Source of the DNA: Ostreococcus lucimarinus
Lineage: Eukaryota
Direction: 5' to 3' (one strand)
Length of the DNA: 64,000 nt
NCBI GenBank assembly: GCA_000092065.1
Contig: CP000592.1
In this document: positions 48,601 to 57,398 of the stretch, in pieces
Layout: every line of letters starts with the position of its first letter
Numbering within the stretch: the first letter of the stretch is position 1
The notes under the pieces: generated by a model
What the model saw: only the letters and a program-made list of their open reading frames with translations
What the model was told of the DNA's origin: nothing
Databases searched by the model: none
Translations under genes and position numbers: made by a program

Positions 48601-51600
48601 GGTCACGGCGCTAAGAAAGTGTCTCAAGCATGTGACGAAGCATCGAAACTTGCTCGATGAATACGTTCTGGAAATACTTAACGTTACATTCAAAAGTATT
48701 GAAAGGTCGGGTGAACATTCTTTGACTGTTGGAGTTTCCACGAGAGGCGCTGATGTTGCTATGGCTATCGTTGTTCGCGAGATCCTACGCGCTATCCAGA
48801 CTCATGCGAAATGGCTCCTGCATTCACCGGGATCAACAGTGTCGAAATGTACTGACTCATTCATGCGAAGTCTACTCGAGCTCACCGCTAGCGGTGATGA
48901 TTTCTTGAGACGCGAGGCACAGCAGGCTTTTGCCACCATCGCGCCGCTGGCGCTTTCTGACGTCCGACGGTGGCTGCAAGGCAACTTGCATGTGATTTCG
49001 TCTTGCGTCGATGCTTCAGTTCCCGAAATGAAGGCGCTTGAGAATGGGAGCAAACGGCTGCTTAATAGATTTATCGCCGTCGTGCAGTGGTCAAGTTGGA
49101 CTATGTCCATGCATTTCACTGATTTGGAATTTTTCACCGCCTCGAGAACGACGCACTTTCATGCTGTCGGTCAATATTTAGATAGCATTTCTGGTAGACT
49201 CGAAAGTTCTTTCGTTCTAGAACAAGATACACCAGCCAATCAGACTGGTCATTTAGCTCGCGAAATTCTGGTTCTCTTTGATAGTATTTTGAACTCGCCG
49301 TGGAGTGGTGGCGATAAGGAAGCGCTCTTGGCGCTCTCCTTACCGCAAGAAAATGGAAACAGACGCGTGATCAAGCTGATATCGTCATCCATCTTCTACT
49401 CGCAAAACATTGCCAATGACGCTGATTCTAGTCGCAAATACCTTATGCCCGCTGCGGCACAGCTTCTGAGAACGCTTACAAAGGATCACGGTTCGAGCAA
49501 AGTTGCGCGACTAGGGGAAGAAGCATTTGCGTGTCTCAGAGGACTGATTGCGCTACCAAAGTTTGATCTCGGTGCGATCAATTTGGAGAACGCACAAGGT
49601 TGCATAGCCGCACAACGACTCGCCGACGGATATCGCGAGCTCGCGAATGTGCTCGTGCTACGCAGAATTCTACCACAGGAAGGTGAATCATCGGCAAAGA
49701 ATCTGACTCGTCGCGCGGCGACAGTCGTGCGTAATTTGTTCCACGCAAATCCTCCTCAGCGTGTGGTCGGCCAAGTCGTGATGCAGCTTTGTCTGCATCT
49801 TAACATAGCCCCTAGTGCTCTTCTTGACCTTCTTCTTGACAGGGTCCAAGATTCAGATGCGAAACTCGGTGAGACATTCTATCGCAATTACCGAGAACCC
49901 ATTCTGCGCGCATGCAAATATTCATTCGACGATTATGCCGGTGACTTGTTCAAAGTCGCTGGGGCGGACGTTCAATCACCCAGTGGTGCCGTCGTCACCG
50001 ACGTCATCGTCAGTGTGATTGAGCTCTCAATCCCAAAGGAAAACGCGACGCAAACTCGAAGTTTGGATGGAGGACGTGTACTGGCCACTCTGAAAAAGAA
50101 CATGTCGCATTTGTGTCATCTGTATGAGGATCACGAAGACGCCTCTGCCGTCGTGAAAAATACCTGTCATCAACGATTTTTGGCAATTCTTCGCGCAGCG
50201 GTGAAGCTAAATCGAGCGCTTGGATCGAGCCACGACTCGATTGCATCGGAGGACAGTTACACGAGTTTCTTAACTGTTATGGCTGGCTTGATGCGATGCG
50301 TGCGATGCGACTGCATCTCTCTGAGTTCGCAAGTTGATGCCGTCATGATCACCGCTGAGATTTTGGAGGGAATTAACATATCAAAATCATCTCGCGATGC
50401 GCTGGAAAAGAGTTTGAGTGATTCGTTGAAAAATATGGTCGTTCAAGAGCGATGTGATTCAACCACGTTCAAGAAACGTTTTCCATCAACAGTGAAAGCC
50501 TTCAAACAAGCGTTTTCCAAATACCAAGCACCATCGCTGATTGCTGCGCTTCTTCCGTTTTACGATGATTCAGATTCAAAGTCGGTCTTACTGGAAGAAG
50601 ATGTCACGGAAATACGATGGAATGCCGCTGTAGCGCAACAGATATGGCTCATTGCAGAGGATGAACATGTGGCAGTTGAGTCTCGCGCACTCGCCGTGTG
50701 TCGCATTCTTCCAAAACTTTTGTCGTCGAGCGACCCCACACAAGTCTTGGCGTTTTTCACGGATAATGCAAAAGCGATCGCGCAGGATATCGGCGGCGGT
50801 AAAACTGATATCCTATCGCGATTAAGGACTTTCGGTGTCTTGTCTGCGATGTACTCAAAGTGCACGAAGCAAGAAGTGATGGATGGACCTTGCGTGCAAG
50901 TTCCAAAACTGAATGCCCTCGTTTCAAAAGCTGTAATCAGCGAACTCAGTGGACACGGAACGGCAAGTAAATCGCTCTTAGGTCAAGAGAGTATCGCGTT
51001 GCACGCGACAAAAATGGCCTTTTCTGTCTTTGCGTCGCTGCTCACCTGCACACAGACAGATGTCAAGTTTTACGCCAAGTTATTTGAGAACGTTGCGTCA
51101 TGGAATAATCTGGTCGACCGGACAAAACGCGTGAAACTTGAGGCGACAATGGAAGTGAAACGAGCTCAACGAAACTTGAAAGCTGACGTGAGTACTACAC
51201 GGCTCAAATCGTTCACTTTGTCTTCAAATCTTGCGGCGATGTACTCCCTGAAACCGTCTGATACTGCCGAGAATGATAATCTCGCCGCCGACGAAGATAT
51301 TGCGCAACAAGACAACCATTCAAAAGGTACCCCGCGAGATGAACTCGAGGCTCACCCGGTGTCTGATGGCGTCTTTAAGATGCTAAAGCTCGTCGTAATG
51401 CGCGGTTTGACGGGCGATGCAAGTGGCTTGCGACCGGAGATGCAACTTTTGGAAATGGTTTCGTGTCTGCTGTACTCTCCCGCGGTTTTGGCTTCGGTCA
51501 AACTTCTCGTCGTCAAGGCGTTACTTAGATTAAACGATGATCTCACATCTGAGTCCAGTGGCGATGTCGGCATGACTGTTTTGATTACACAGCCATCGTT

Positions 51601-54600
51601 CCTGGCCGCGCACTCGGACCTTATGATTGCACTTCTCTCCGCGATGATTGAAATCACGAAGGAATCTGATGCCGCGTACGTGTCAACACCTTTGCGAAAA
51701 ACTATGAACATCGCGTTGGAGTGCGACAACTTGTGGTCTTCGAACTTTGAGGAAGCAAAAACGAGCATATTTGAGGCCACCGAGCTCGTCATCAAGAGTG
51801 GGTACTCGAGGAATGAAGACATCTTCAGAGAGAATCTCAAACTCTGCAGCAAGTTGTTCTCGCGTTTGCGTGACACCGCGCGAATGACAAGTACACCTAC
51901 GTCGCATTGCTTCCAAAGTTCGATGTATCAATTGCAACGACATCTTGAGTGCAAGCCAAAAGACCCCAGAAACACGAGTCTGGTGAAAGTATGTGCGCTT
52001 CGGAAGAAATTCGCTATTAAACTCATCGAGATATTAATCAACGCTGAAGCACCAGTATTGTGCGTTCGCGATACGAGTGTTTTCATCACGACTGCTCAGG
52101 GGAAGAAAATTGACGAAGAAATACCGTCACCTCTTTTGAATATTTTGTTGCGTTTTATCGATAAAGACGTTCGTAAGGGGTTGACAACGCTTGCTGCGTC
52201 GTTACTTGGTAGAATCATGAAAATCGATGGCGGTGTCGCTCAATGGCACAAATCCTTGCAAAAACAGTTAAAAGGTGTGAGTGACGACCTCTTACTGAAC
52301 ACGCTTGATCAAATCACGATAAGTTGTCCATCATTTGTGCACGATGCTGGATTCGCACCATCGATACAGTCACGTCTTGATACATTCTGGGGCGAACCGC
52401 GGTGCGTGGCGCTGCTGATTTTGACGAGAGATCACAGACCAGAACGGGTACAGTGGACATACGACCGACTATTGCCGTTCGTTGGTTCTCTATTGAAGCA
52501 GCGGGATTGCGAAGTCATGATTATACTTTTCGAAGCGCTCACGCGCGGCGCTCAGGCAATCACACGAACTCAGAGAGACGCAAATCATATCGAGCTATGG
52601 AAGAATGCTCTCGTTGAAGCAGACAATGCGGTGTCGATGGAAAGTGCTGTCAAAGTTCGCGAATCGCATACAAACTTGTGCATTGCCATTGCGGAGACGT
52701 ACCCTAAACTCATCAACGAATCGTCGTTGCAAGGTCCACTTTTACGAGCACTCGCCGATCCCGTGAGCTTGACTTGTCGACAAACGGCTTTACAATTTTG
52801 GAACAAGCGACTGCAATTCGATAACTTGGTCACGCGTCTTCACGACACCCTCCAATTGATTCCTCACGCGAAAGTAGAGAGTTTATGGCTCGCTGCAGCG
52901 TGCAGACTCTTATTTGCGGTACAAGAGATGAATCCGGCGTCAAGGGCTCCTTTGATTGACAACGACCTATCGGAGTGCGTGTTCACTTCGGTGAAGCTGG
53001 ATTCGTTGCGCCGCCGTGGAGCGTCTCAAACCATGGCTCCTTTGTTTTCAACTCAAGCGCAAGACCCGGACGCGGATGAGAAGCGAAGTGTCGTGCTCTC
53101 GACAATATTGGCAAACTTCAAACAACCTGCACGTGGTGACCCAACGATTGCGACCTCGCTTCCGTACGAGCTAGCGAATTTATTACAGTCGCAAGAGCAC
53201 GTCAAAGACTTTGGTGCGTTCCATGAGATTGCGCAAAATCTTGACATTGGAGCCAACAAAAAGAAGATCGACGATTTTCTGGTCGAAGAGATGAAAAACA
53301 GCGTCAAGCTGACTCGATCTTACAGGACAGGTGACTTACCTGACGTGAAAATATCGTGCCACGAATTGATTACGCCTTTCCTCCTCTGCGCTGAACGCGA
53401 TTCGGCAGTCGCATGCACGCTTCTCCGAGAGCTCGCGAATTCAGCACAGCATGAGTTTGCATTCATTCTAAAAGACCAAAATGATGCACGTCCAGCAAAG
53501 GAAGCGATGGCGATCGTGGCACAACCGCTGAAAGATTTCGTCGGAAGCATTGAAGGCAGGGATGCGTCGCTCGTTCGATTCATCCTTTCCTTGTGTGAAG
53601 TCATCCCACAAGCCGCGGAAATTCCTGTCGACCACGTCGTTCGACTCGCGACACGCGGTAGAAGTTTATCGAGTGGTGTCATCGCGATGGAGTCGATGAT
53701 CACGTCTGGTGATCAGTCACCGCAGACTTGGGAAGCTTTGGCTAAACTATACAGATCGCTGGGTTACGACGACGCCGCTTTGCTGTCGTTTGTGAACGCG
53801 TTTCCTCACCAGGAGGAGACGATGTGTGCGATTCGACAAGAGATGGCTGGCAATGTGCGAGATGCCGTGCAAGCGTACAAACACTTATTGAGTGCTGAAA
53901 TTGATCGATCTCCGCGAGAGAGCGAGTTTTTGAAACATGAATTTTTTCGCTGCGCCGAGCGGCTCGGAGAATGGGATGAAATCGGAAAACATCTCGAGGA
54001 CGTGCGAACTGGCGAGTTTAAAATCGAAGACTTGTCTTGCATTCCTGGAGAAGCTTCGGGTGGATCTAGTATTTGCACAGCATTTAGAGTCGCTCTTCGT
54101 CAACCTTTGGAAGACTGGTCGCCATTCTTGACCAAAGTTCTTCTGCAGGAGGACTCTACTCGCAAGTTGAAGCATCTCGGTGTAGAGATTGCGATGAACG
54201 CGCTGCTATCTGACAGTGCCGGCGACGATACTCGTGAGGTGCATGATGTATTGCAGCAAGTTTACCAAAGCTTCATAGACTCATGGAGCACGACCTGTAG
54301 TGCGTCCGTTGCCATTCGTCGGAAACTGCTGCAGGCCTTACAACCAGCCGTCGAGATCGACGAAACATTGCGCACGATTGACGAACTGAAGACAGGACTT
54401 CGCAAGCTGAAGAATATGGACATCAAGAAAGCGGAATCTATCGTCAATCAACTCGAAAGCAAATGGCAAACACGATGGCCTTCGGCTGCGTACGATGCGT
54501 CTGAGGTTTGGGAACGCGTCGTGACTTTTCGCTCCAGGATGCTGGGCACGCTGGCAAGTGTGATTCCAGAAATTCGCACAGATTCTATTGCAACGATGCG

Positions 54601-57139
54601 GACTGAAATGTTTCTACGAGCATCCGACGGTCTGAGACAAGTCGGTCAAGTGGTTCTTTCTCGCAAATTCTTGCGACAATACATCGAAAGTGTGGTACAA
54701 ACAGGCGCGCCCGAGGATTTGAGACTTCATGAAGCAGTGTTTAAGCTCAAGCTGTCGATGGGTACGAACACCGCCATGGAACAATCATTGGAAATGTGCC
54801 GAAAGTTGCAGAGTGAAGATCGATGGCGGGAGGACGATAAAATGAGCCTGACCATTTTAGAAGCACAATTCTGCGAGCACCTAGCGAGTGCACGCGACGA
54901 TGATTCGTTGAGTCATAGCATCGCGGCGATCAATTCTTATATCTCTGTTGCAGAACGAAGCACAAATGCAGCGCAGGCGTCCGAGGCGTCGTTGAGACTC
55001 GCTCACTTTTGCGACACAGCGCTAAAAAAGCTACACGGTGAATACGTGCAAACGTCTGTATCGACCGAATGCGCAGAAGCATTAAACGGTTGGCTGGTAT
55101 CGAGTCTAAACGACGCGTCGAGTCTTGCGGAAGTCTTCATCCTACACACTTTGAAGGCATTGGCGGCTTCCAGCGCGCATAAATCTACACCAGCGCGTCA
55201 TCTATTACCTCGACTTCTGACCTTGCTCAGAGAAACTTGCCCCGACGCTCGCGACTACAGTCAGACACTCTTACGCGTCCCGACTTGGTTATTTTTGGAT
55301 TGGATTCCGCAGCTTTTATCGATGGTTTCCGACGTGAATCTTCGAAAGGTTGCTGCGCCGTTGGTACAAAGATTGGTGTCAAAGTATCCAGCGGCCGTAC
55401 GACCGCACTTCAACCTCATCAAAGAAACGATGGATAAACATATAAGTGAAAGGATGAACTTTTCGCTCGCCTCGTCGCTACACGATGGATTCAATCGTGG
55501 TATGGAGCTCTTGGATTTCCCTTCGAATCGATTGAATTTTTGGCGTCAACAAATTCAACTCCGCGAGTATCAGCACGACGTCAACGCCGCGAGCAATATC
55601 GTCGATGGCATGATTTCAGATCTGACAAATACAGAAGATCCTTTGTTGGGCTTGATTAACAAACGGTTCGTTGAAATTGCGTCACCAATGTTGACGAGCG
55701 CGATAGCCACGGCGCGCAGGGAGAAAACGAGCGTCAACGCCGCATTGAAACATGCCGAAGCTCAAATCGTCGCAGTTTGGGTCAAAGAATTCCCGGGTCT
55801 AAACAACGCATCAAGAATCCGACTAAGCGACTTCTCTTCATGGTTTGCGAGCTATGCGAGCTTTGCCGGAGTTTCAACAGCCCTGGAAATTCCCGGGCAG
55901 TACGACAACATAAATGCACCGCCAGATATGGAGCGACACGTCACCATAATGGGATTCGCACCGGAAGTACAGGTCTTCGAATCCAAGCAGCGACCAAAAA
56001 AAATAACGATGAGAGGAAGCGATGGCAGAGATTATCAGTTCATCGTGAAGGGTGGAGAGGACTTGCGTCAAGACGAGCGCATTCAGCGCTTATTCAGAGC
56101 AATGAATGGGCTCTTGGCCTCTAATACGGAATCTCGAGGTAGGGGGTTAGAGGTTCGGACTTTCCATGTCTCCCCTCTATCTAATCGAACCGGCTTGATT
56201 GAATTTTTGCGCAAAACTTCGCCGCTGCTTCGGCTTCTGAATAAGCCTGTTGAAGAAGCGAATGTGACTGCATTCGTTGAACATCAACGATGGATTAAAG
56301 AGCGCGCGACGGGACTTGGCAAGCGAAAGCGAGAGTCTGCGCATGTAGATGCGACGACACACAGCGACTACCTCAGTGCGATAGGCAAAGCATCGAAAGA
56401 CGACTCGGTGGCTATACTCACGCGATTGAAATCGGCGACGACGTCGCCAGATGCTCTACGGAAGATTTTGTTCACAGCCGCAGGCAGCGCAGAAGCTTTC
56501 GTCATGATGAGGCAATCATTTGCGACATCTTTAGCATCCTCCAGCATTTGTGGCTACGTTGCTGGAGTTGGCGATAGGCATCTGGACAACATCCTTCTCG
56601 ATATATCGACGGGAGAGTTGGTACACATCGATTTTGGGTACGCCTTTGGCACCGCTACACACGCTCTTCCGATTCCTGAACTTGTCCCATTCAGAGCGAC
56701 TCCAGCTCTTCTCGATGTTTTCTCTCCATTGAACGCGCGCACGTGGCTGGAAACGGACATGTGCCGAACTATGAAGGCGCTTCAGGACGGCTCGACACTT
56801 CTCAAGGGCGTGATGGACATTTTCCTTCGCGATCCCCTAATCGATTGGGAACGCGAATCCGTGAGTGCAGGTACGCAATCTCACATCCAGAACAGAATCA
56901 CTCGCGCGTGGGGCAAATTAGAACTCGACAATCCAGCCGTCGTCGTCGTCGACGAGTGCGAATCAAAGCACAAGAATTCTGCACATTGGACAGATTTGCG
57001 CAAGACGCTCGTTGGCGCGAATGCGCCGCCCGCGAAGAAATGCACCGATGTCGAGCATCAAATTCGTGCGTTATTAGACTTAGCGACCAACCCAGAACTT
57101 TTAGCCGTCGCGTGGAGCGGATGGCGACCCTGGCTTTGA
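45689..57139 (+). CDS. PRKDC: DNA-dependent protein kinase catalytic subunit (DNA-PKcs / PRKDC homologue), about 3.8 k codons
   Basis: The frame is open from 45512 but has no ATG before 45689. The track start at 45542 is a GTG. The PI3K-like kinase domain reads KITMRGSDGRDYQFIVKGGEDLRQDERIQRLF, GYVAGVGDRHLDNILLD, and HIDFGYAFG. The FATC tail LLDLATNPELLAVAWSGWRPWL (cf. human [22 protein letters not shown]) is specific to DNA-PKcs. The internal region TYRTGDLPDVKISCHELITPFLLCAERD aligns to human [28 protein letters not shown]. Confidence 0.85.
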   Translation: MEGMDGDDGGLGSRARDGFEVIMMTFRKETSMSVRSGALKTLLTLARRYAGEIGRGTMQAYGRALRRDFESYTKNSKTVKGLILRVIGGMHEGLRREGLTLVTAEEAMEDSSAPTAKWLMTASCRILDAALDDEEDVKKEIVLMASALYAITASLSARVAEEGADKANFARIVRIVEHAVSLRETGTRTDMSKAALDLITTHAHALRHELVKISSKMFELLLNLRTHNNKELARCAAAAYEEFLPAMRDAFVCDTFSSSRDSRAKLLDDILKVIMRMLDDEKTSQRDKTACVHALGKFAAPAMELLSDDYAEVNTYMERLGKLTMYIKFQQGENEFQERFESIERQVALLSAFSDVLRSSNVMIDEALLETFAGLVVWIWEQYAFELERRKPQIRNALLNLFVVLASKGCALQTLLTRIGSQLLFLTLRFSEPDPIDKVLCKNDPVPMWPRYVDLWTALIGGGNECAAGVYGCFVNELLNFCTTLDLGIVTPTGEDSNSERNARTDTSTSDDLDTTSVAVSLGDDASASNPGDMCTFLQLVEFAQRVIEESPADALLPWVNHISTKLMAMANRNSSISAFYKLIGTIVNAADRSGYFGRRDSAEVEQVVALFREFLRDVLQDTRRFSGELLASVLQLLLTLPSVILPIENLIAPLLRALELGLQHPPVTTIALNTLERWLDGKHLDETSPHLVQIAKRLSAYLDSASSSNAFFGEVYESEGRDRKKKQASKEQDEMRLKRATFIRIVKILGSMGGAAHGLLSAKSNSELDSPWDSDSKLSMPIGLVRSSTKLWLDKLLPRTSHLAMSSQDRATKIAACEALYGSTVFLIGRSAQGPTASAGDFTRSASQYRSIFEKLFPIIFELSVDADAISRKLFSDLSFQMTRWYAKSQARELDVTLCLFDALIEGLSNTSKAGAVRDLCASLVAELLEWSIKYVRDTKAFEGTVNHRYILRTLFGLMGHTGSAHRLGAVTALRKCLKHVTKHRNLLDEYVLEILNVTFKSIERSGEHSLTVGVSTRGADVAMAIVVREILRAIQTHAKWLLHSPGSTVSKCTDSFMRSLLELTASGDDFLRREAQQAFATIAPLALSDVRRWLQGNLHVISSCVDASVPEMKALENGSKRLLNRFIAVVQWSSWTMSMHFTDLEFFTASRTTHFHAVGQYLDSISGRLESSFVLEQDTPANQTGHLAREILVLFDSILNSPWSGGDKEALLALSLPQENGNRRVIKLISSSIFYSQNIANDADSSRKYLMPAAAQLLRTLTKDHGSSKVARLGEEAFACLRGLIALPKFDLGAINLENAQGCIAAQRLADGYRELANVLVLRRILPQEGESSAKNLTRRAATVVRNLFHANPPQRVVGQVVMQLCLHLNIAPSALLDLLLDRVQDSDAKLGETFYRNYREPILRACKYSFDDYAGDLFKVAGADVQSPSGAVVTDVIVSVIELSIPKENATQTRSLDGGRVLATLKKNMSHLCHLYEDHEDASAVVKNTCHQRFLAILRAAVKLNRALGSSHDSIASEDSYTSFLTVMAGLMRCVRCDCISLSSQVDAVMITAEILEGINISKSSRDALEKSLSDSLKNMVVQERCDSTTFKKRFPSTVKAFKQAFSKYQAPSLIAALLPFYDDSDSKSVLLEEDVTEIRWNAAVAQQIWLIAEDEHVAVESRALAVCRILPKLLSSSDPTQVLAFFTDNAKAIAQDIGGGKTDILSRLRTFGVLSAMYSKCTKQEVMDGPCVQVPKLNALVSKAVISELSGHGTASKSLLGQESIALHATKMAFSVFASLLTCTQTDVKFYAKLFENVASWNNLVDRTKRVKLEATMEVKRAQRNLKADVSTTRLKSFTLSSNLAAMYSLKPSDTAENDNLAADEDIAQQDNHSKGTPRDELEAHPVSDGVFKMLKLVVMRGLTGDASGLRPEMQLLEMVSCLLYSPAVLASVKLLVVKALLRLNDDLTSESSGDVGMTVLITQPSFLAAHSDLMIALLSAMIEITKESDAAYVSTPLRKTMNIALECDNLWSSNFEEAKTSIFEATELVIKSGYSRNEDIFRENLKLCSKLFSRLRDTARMTSTPTSHCFQSSMYQLQRHLECKPKDPRNTSLVKVCALRKKFAIKLIEILINAEAPVLCVRDTSVFITTAQGKKIDEEIPSPLLNILLRFIDKDVRKGLTTLAASLLGRIMKIDGGVAQWHKSLQKQLKGVSDDLLLNTLDQITISCPSFVHDAGFAPSIQSRLDTFWGEPRCVALLILTRDHRPERVQWTYDRLLPFVGSLLKQRDCEVMIILFEALTRGAQAITRTQRDANHIELWKNALVEADNAVSMESAVKVRESHTNLCIAIAETYPKLINESSLQGPLLRALADPVSLTCRQTALQFWNKRLQFDNLVTRLHDTLQLIPHAKVESLWLAAACRLLFAVQEMNPASRAPLIDNDLSECVFTSVKLDSLRRRGASQTMAPLFSTQAQDPDADEKRSVVLSTILANFKQPARGDPTIATSLPYELANLLQSQEHVKDFGAFHEIAQNLDIGANKKKIDDFLVEEMKNSVKLTRSYRTGDLPDVKISCHELITPFLLCAERDSAVACTLLRELANSAQHEFAFILKDQNDARPAKEAMAIVAQPLKDFVGSIEGRDASLVRFILSLCEVIPQAAEIPVDHVVRLATRGRSLSSGVIAMESMITSGDQSPQTWEALAKLYRSLGYDDAALLSFVNAFPHQEETMCAIRQEMAGNVRDAVQAYKHLLSAEIDRSPRESEFLKHEFFRCAERLGEWDEIGKHLEDVRTGEFKIEDLSCIPGEASGGSSICTAFRVALRQPLEDWSPFLTKVLLQEDSTRKLKHLGVEIAMNALLSDSAGDDTREVHDVLQQVYQSFIDSWSTTCSASVAIRRKLLQALQPAVEIDETLRTIDELKTGLRKLKNMDIKKAESIVNQLESKWQTRWPSAAYDASEVWERVVTFRSRMLGTLASVIPEIRTDSIATMRTEMFLRASDGLRQVGQVVLSRKFLRQYIESVVQTGAPEDLRLHEAVFKLKLSMGTNTAMEQSLEMCRKLQSEDRWREDDKMSLTILEAQFCEHLASARDDDSLSHSIAAINSYISVAERSTNAAQASEASLRLAHFCDTALKKLHGEYVQTSVSTECAEALNGWLVSSLNDASSLAEVFILHTLKALAASSAHKSTPARHLLPRLLTLLRETCPDARDYSQTLLRVPTWLFLDWIPQLLSMVSDVNLRKVAAPLVQRLVSKYPAAVRPHFNLIKETMDKHISERMNFSLASSLHDGFNRGMELLDFPSNRLNFWRQQIQLREYQHDVNAASNIVDGMISDLTNTEDPLLGLINKRFVEIASPMLTSAIATARREKTSVNAALKHAEAQIVAVWVKEFPGLNNASRIRLSDFSSWFASYASFAGVSTALEIPGQYDNINAPPDMERHVTIMGFAPEVQVFESKQRPKKITMRGSDGRDYQFIVKGGEDLRQDERIQRLFRAMNGLLASNTESRGRGLEVRTFHVSPLSNRTGLIEFLRKTSPLLRLLNKPVEEANVTAFVEHQRWIKERATGLGKRKRESAHVDATTHSDYLSAIGKASKDDSVAILTRLKSATTSPDALRKILFTAAGSAEAFVMMRQSFATSLASSSICGYVAGVGDRHLDNILLDISTGELVHIDFGYAFGTATHALPIPELVPFRATPALLDVFSPLNARTWLETDMCRTMKALQDGSTLLKGVMDIFLRDPLIDWERESVSAGTQSHIQNRITRAWGKLELDNPAVVVVDECESKHKNSAHWTDLRKTLVGANAPPAKKCTDVEHQIRALLDLATNPELLAVAWSGWRPWL

Positions 57140-57398
57140 TAGATTTGAATAACTTTGATAGATGCAAACATGACAACGCGCAGCGCTCCTCCCTGCGCCT
57201 CGACAGCCACACTCGACAGCCACACTCAAACTTCAAATCGCGACCGCGCGCCGCGCGTCGCGGGACATGACGCGCGCCGCGTAGACCGGGCGAACGAACA
57301 AACGACACCAACTATTCAATCGCCGCGCGCCGCCGCCGGCGCCGCCTTCATCAGTGGTAGCGCGCGCGGCGAAGCCGTTCCGAGACGCGACGCGCGCG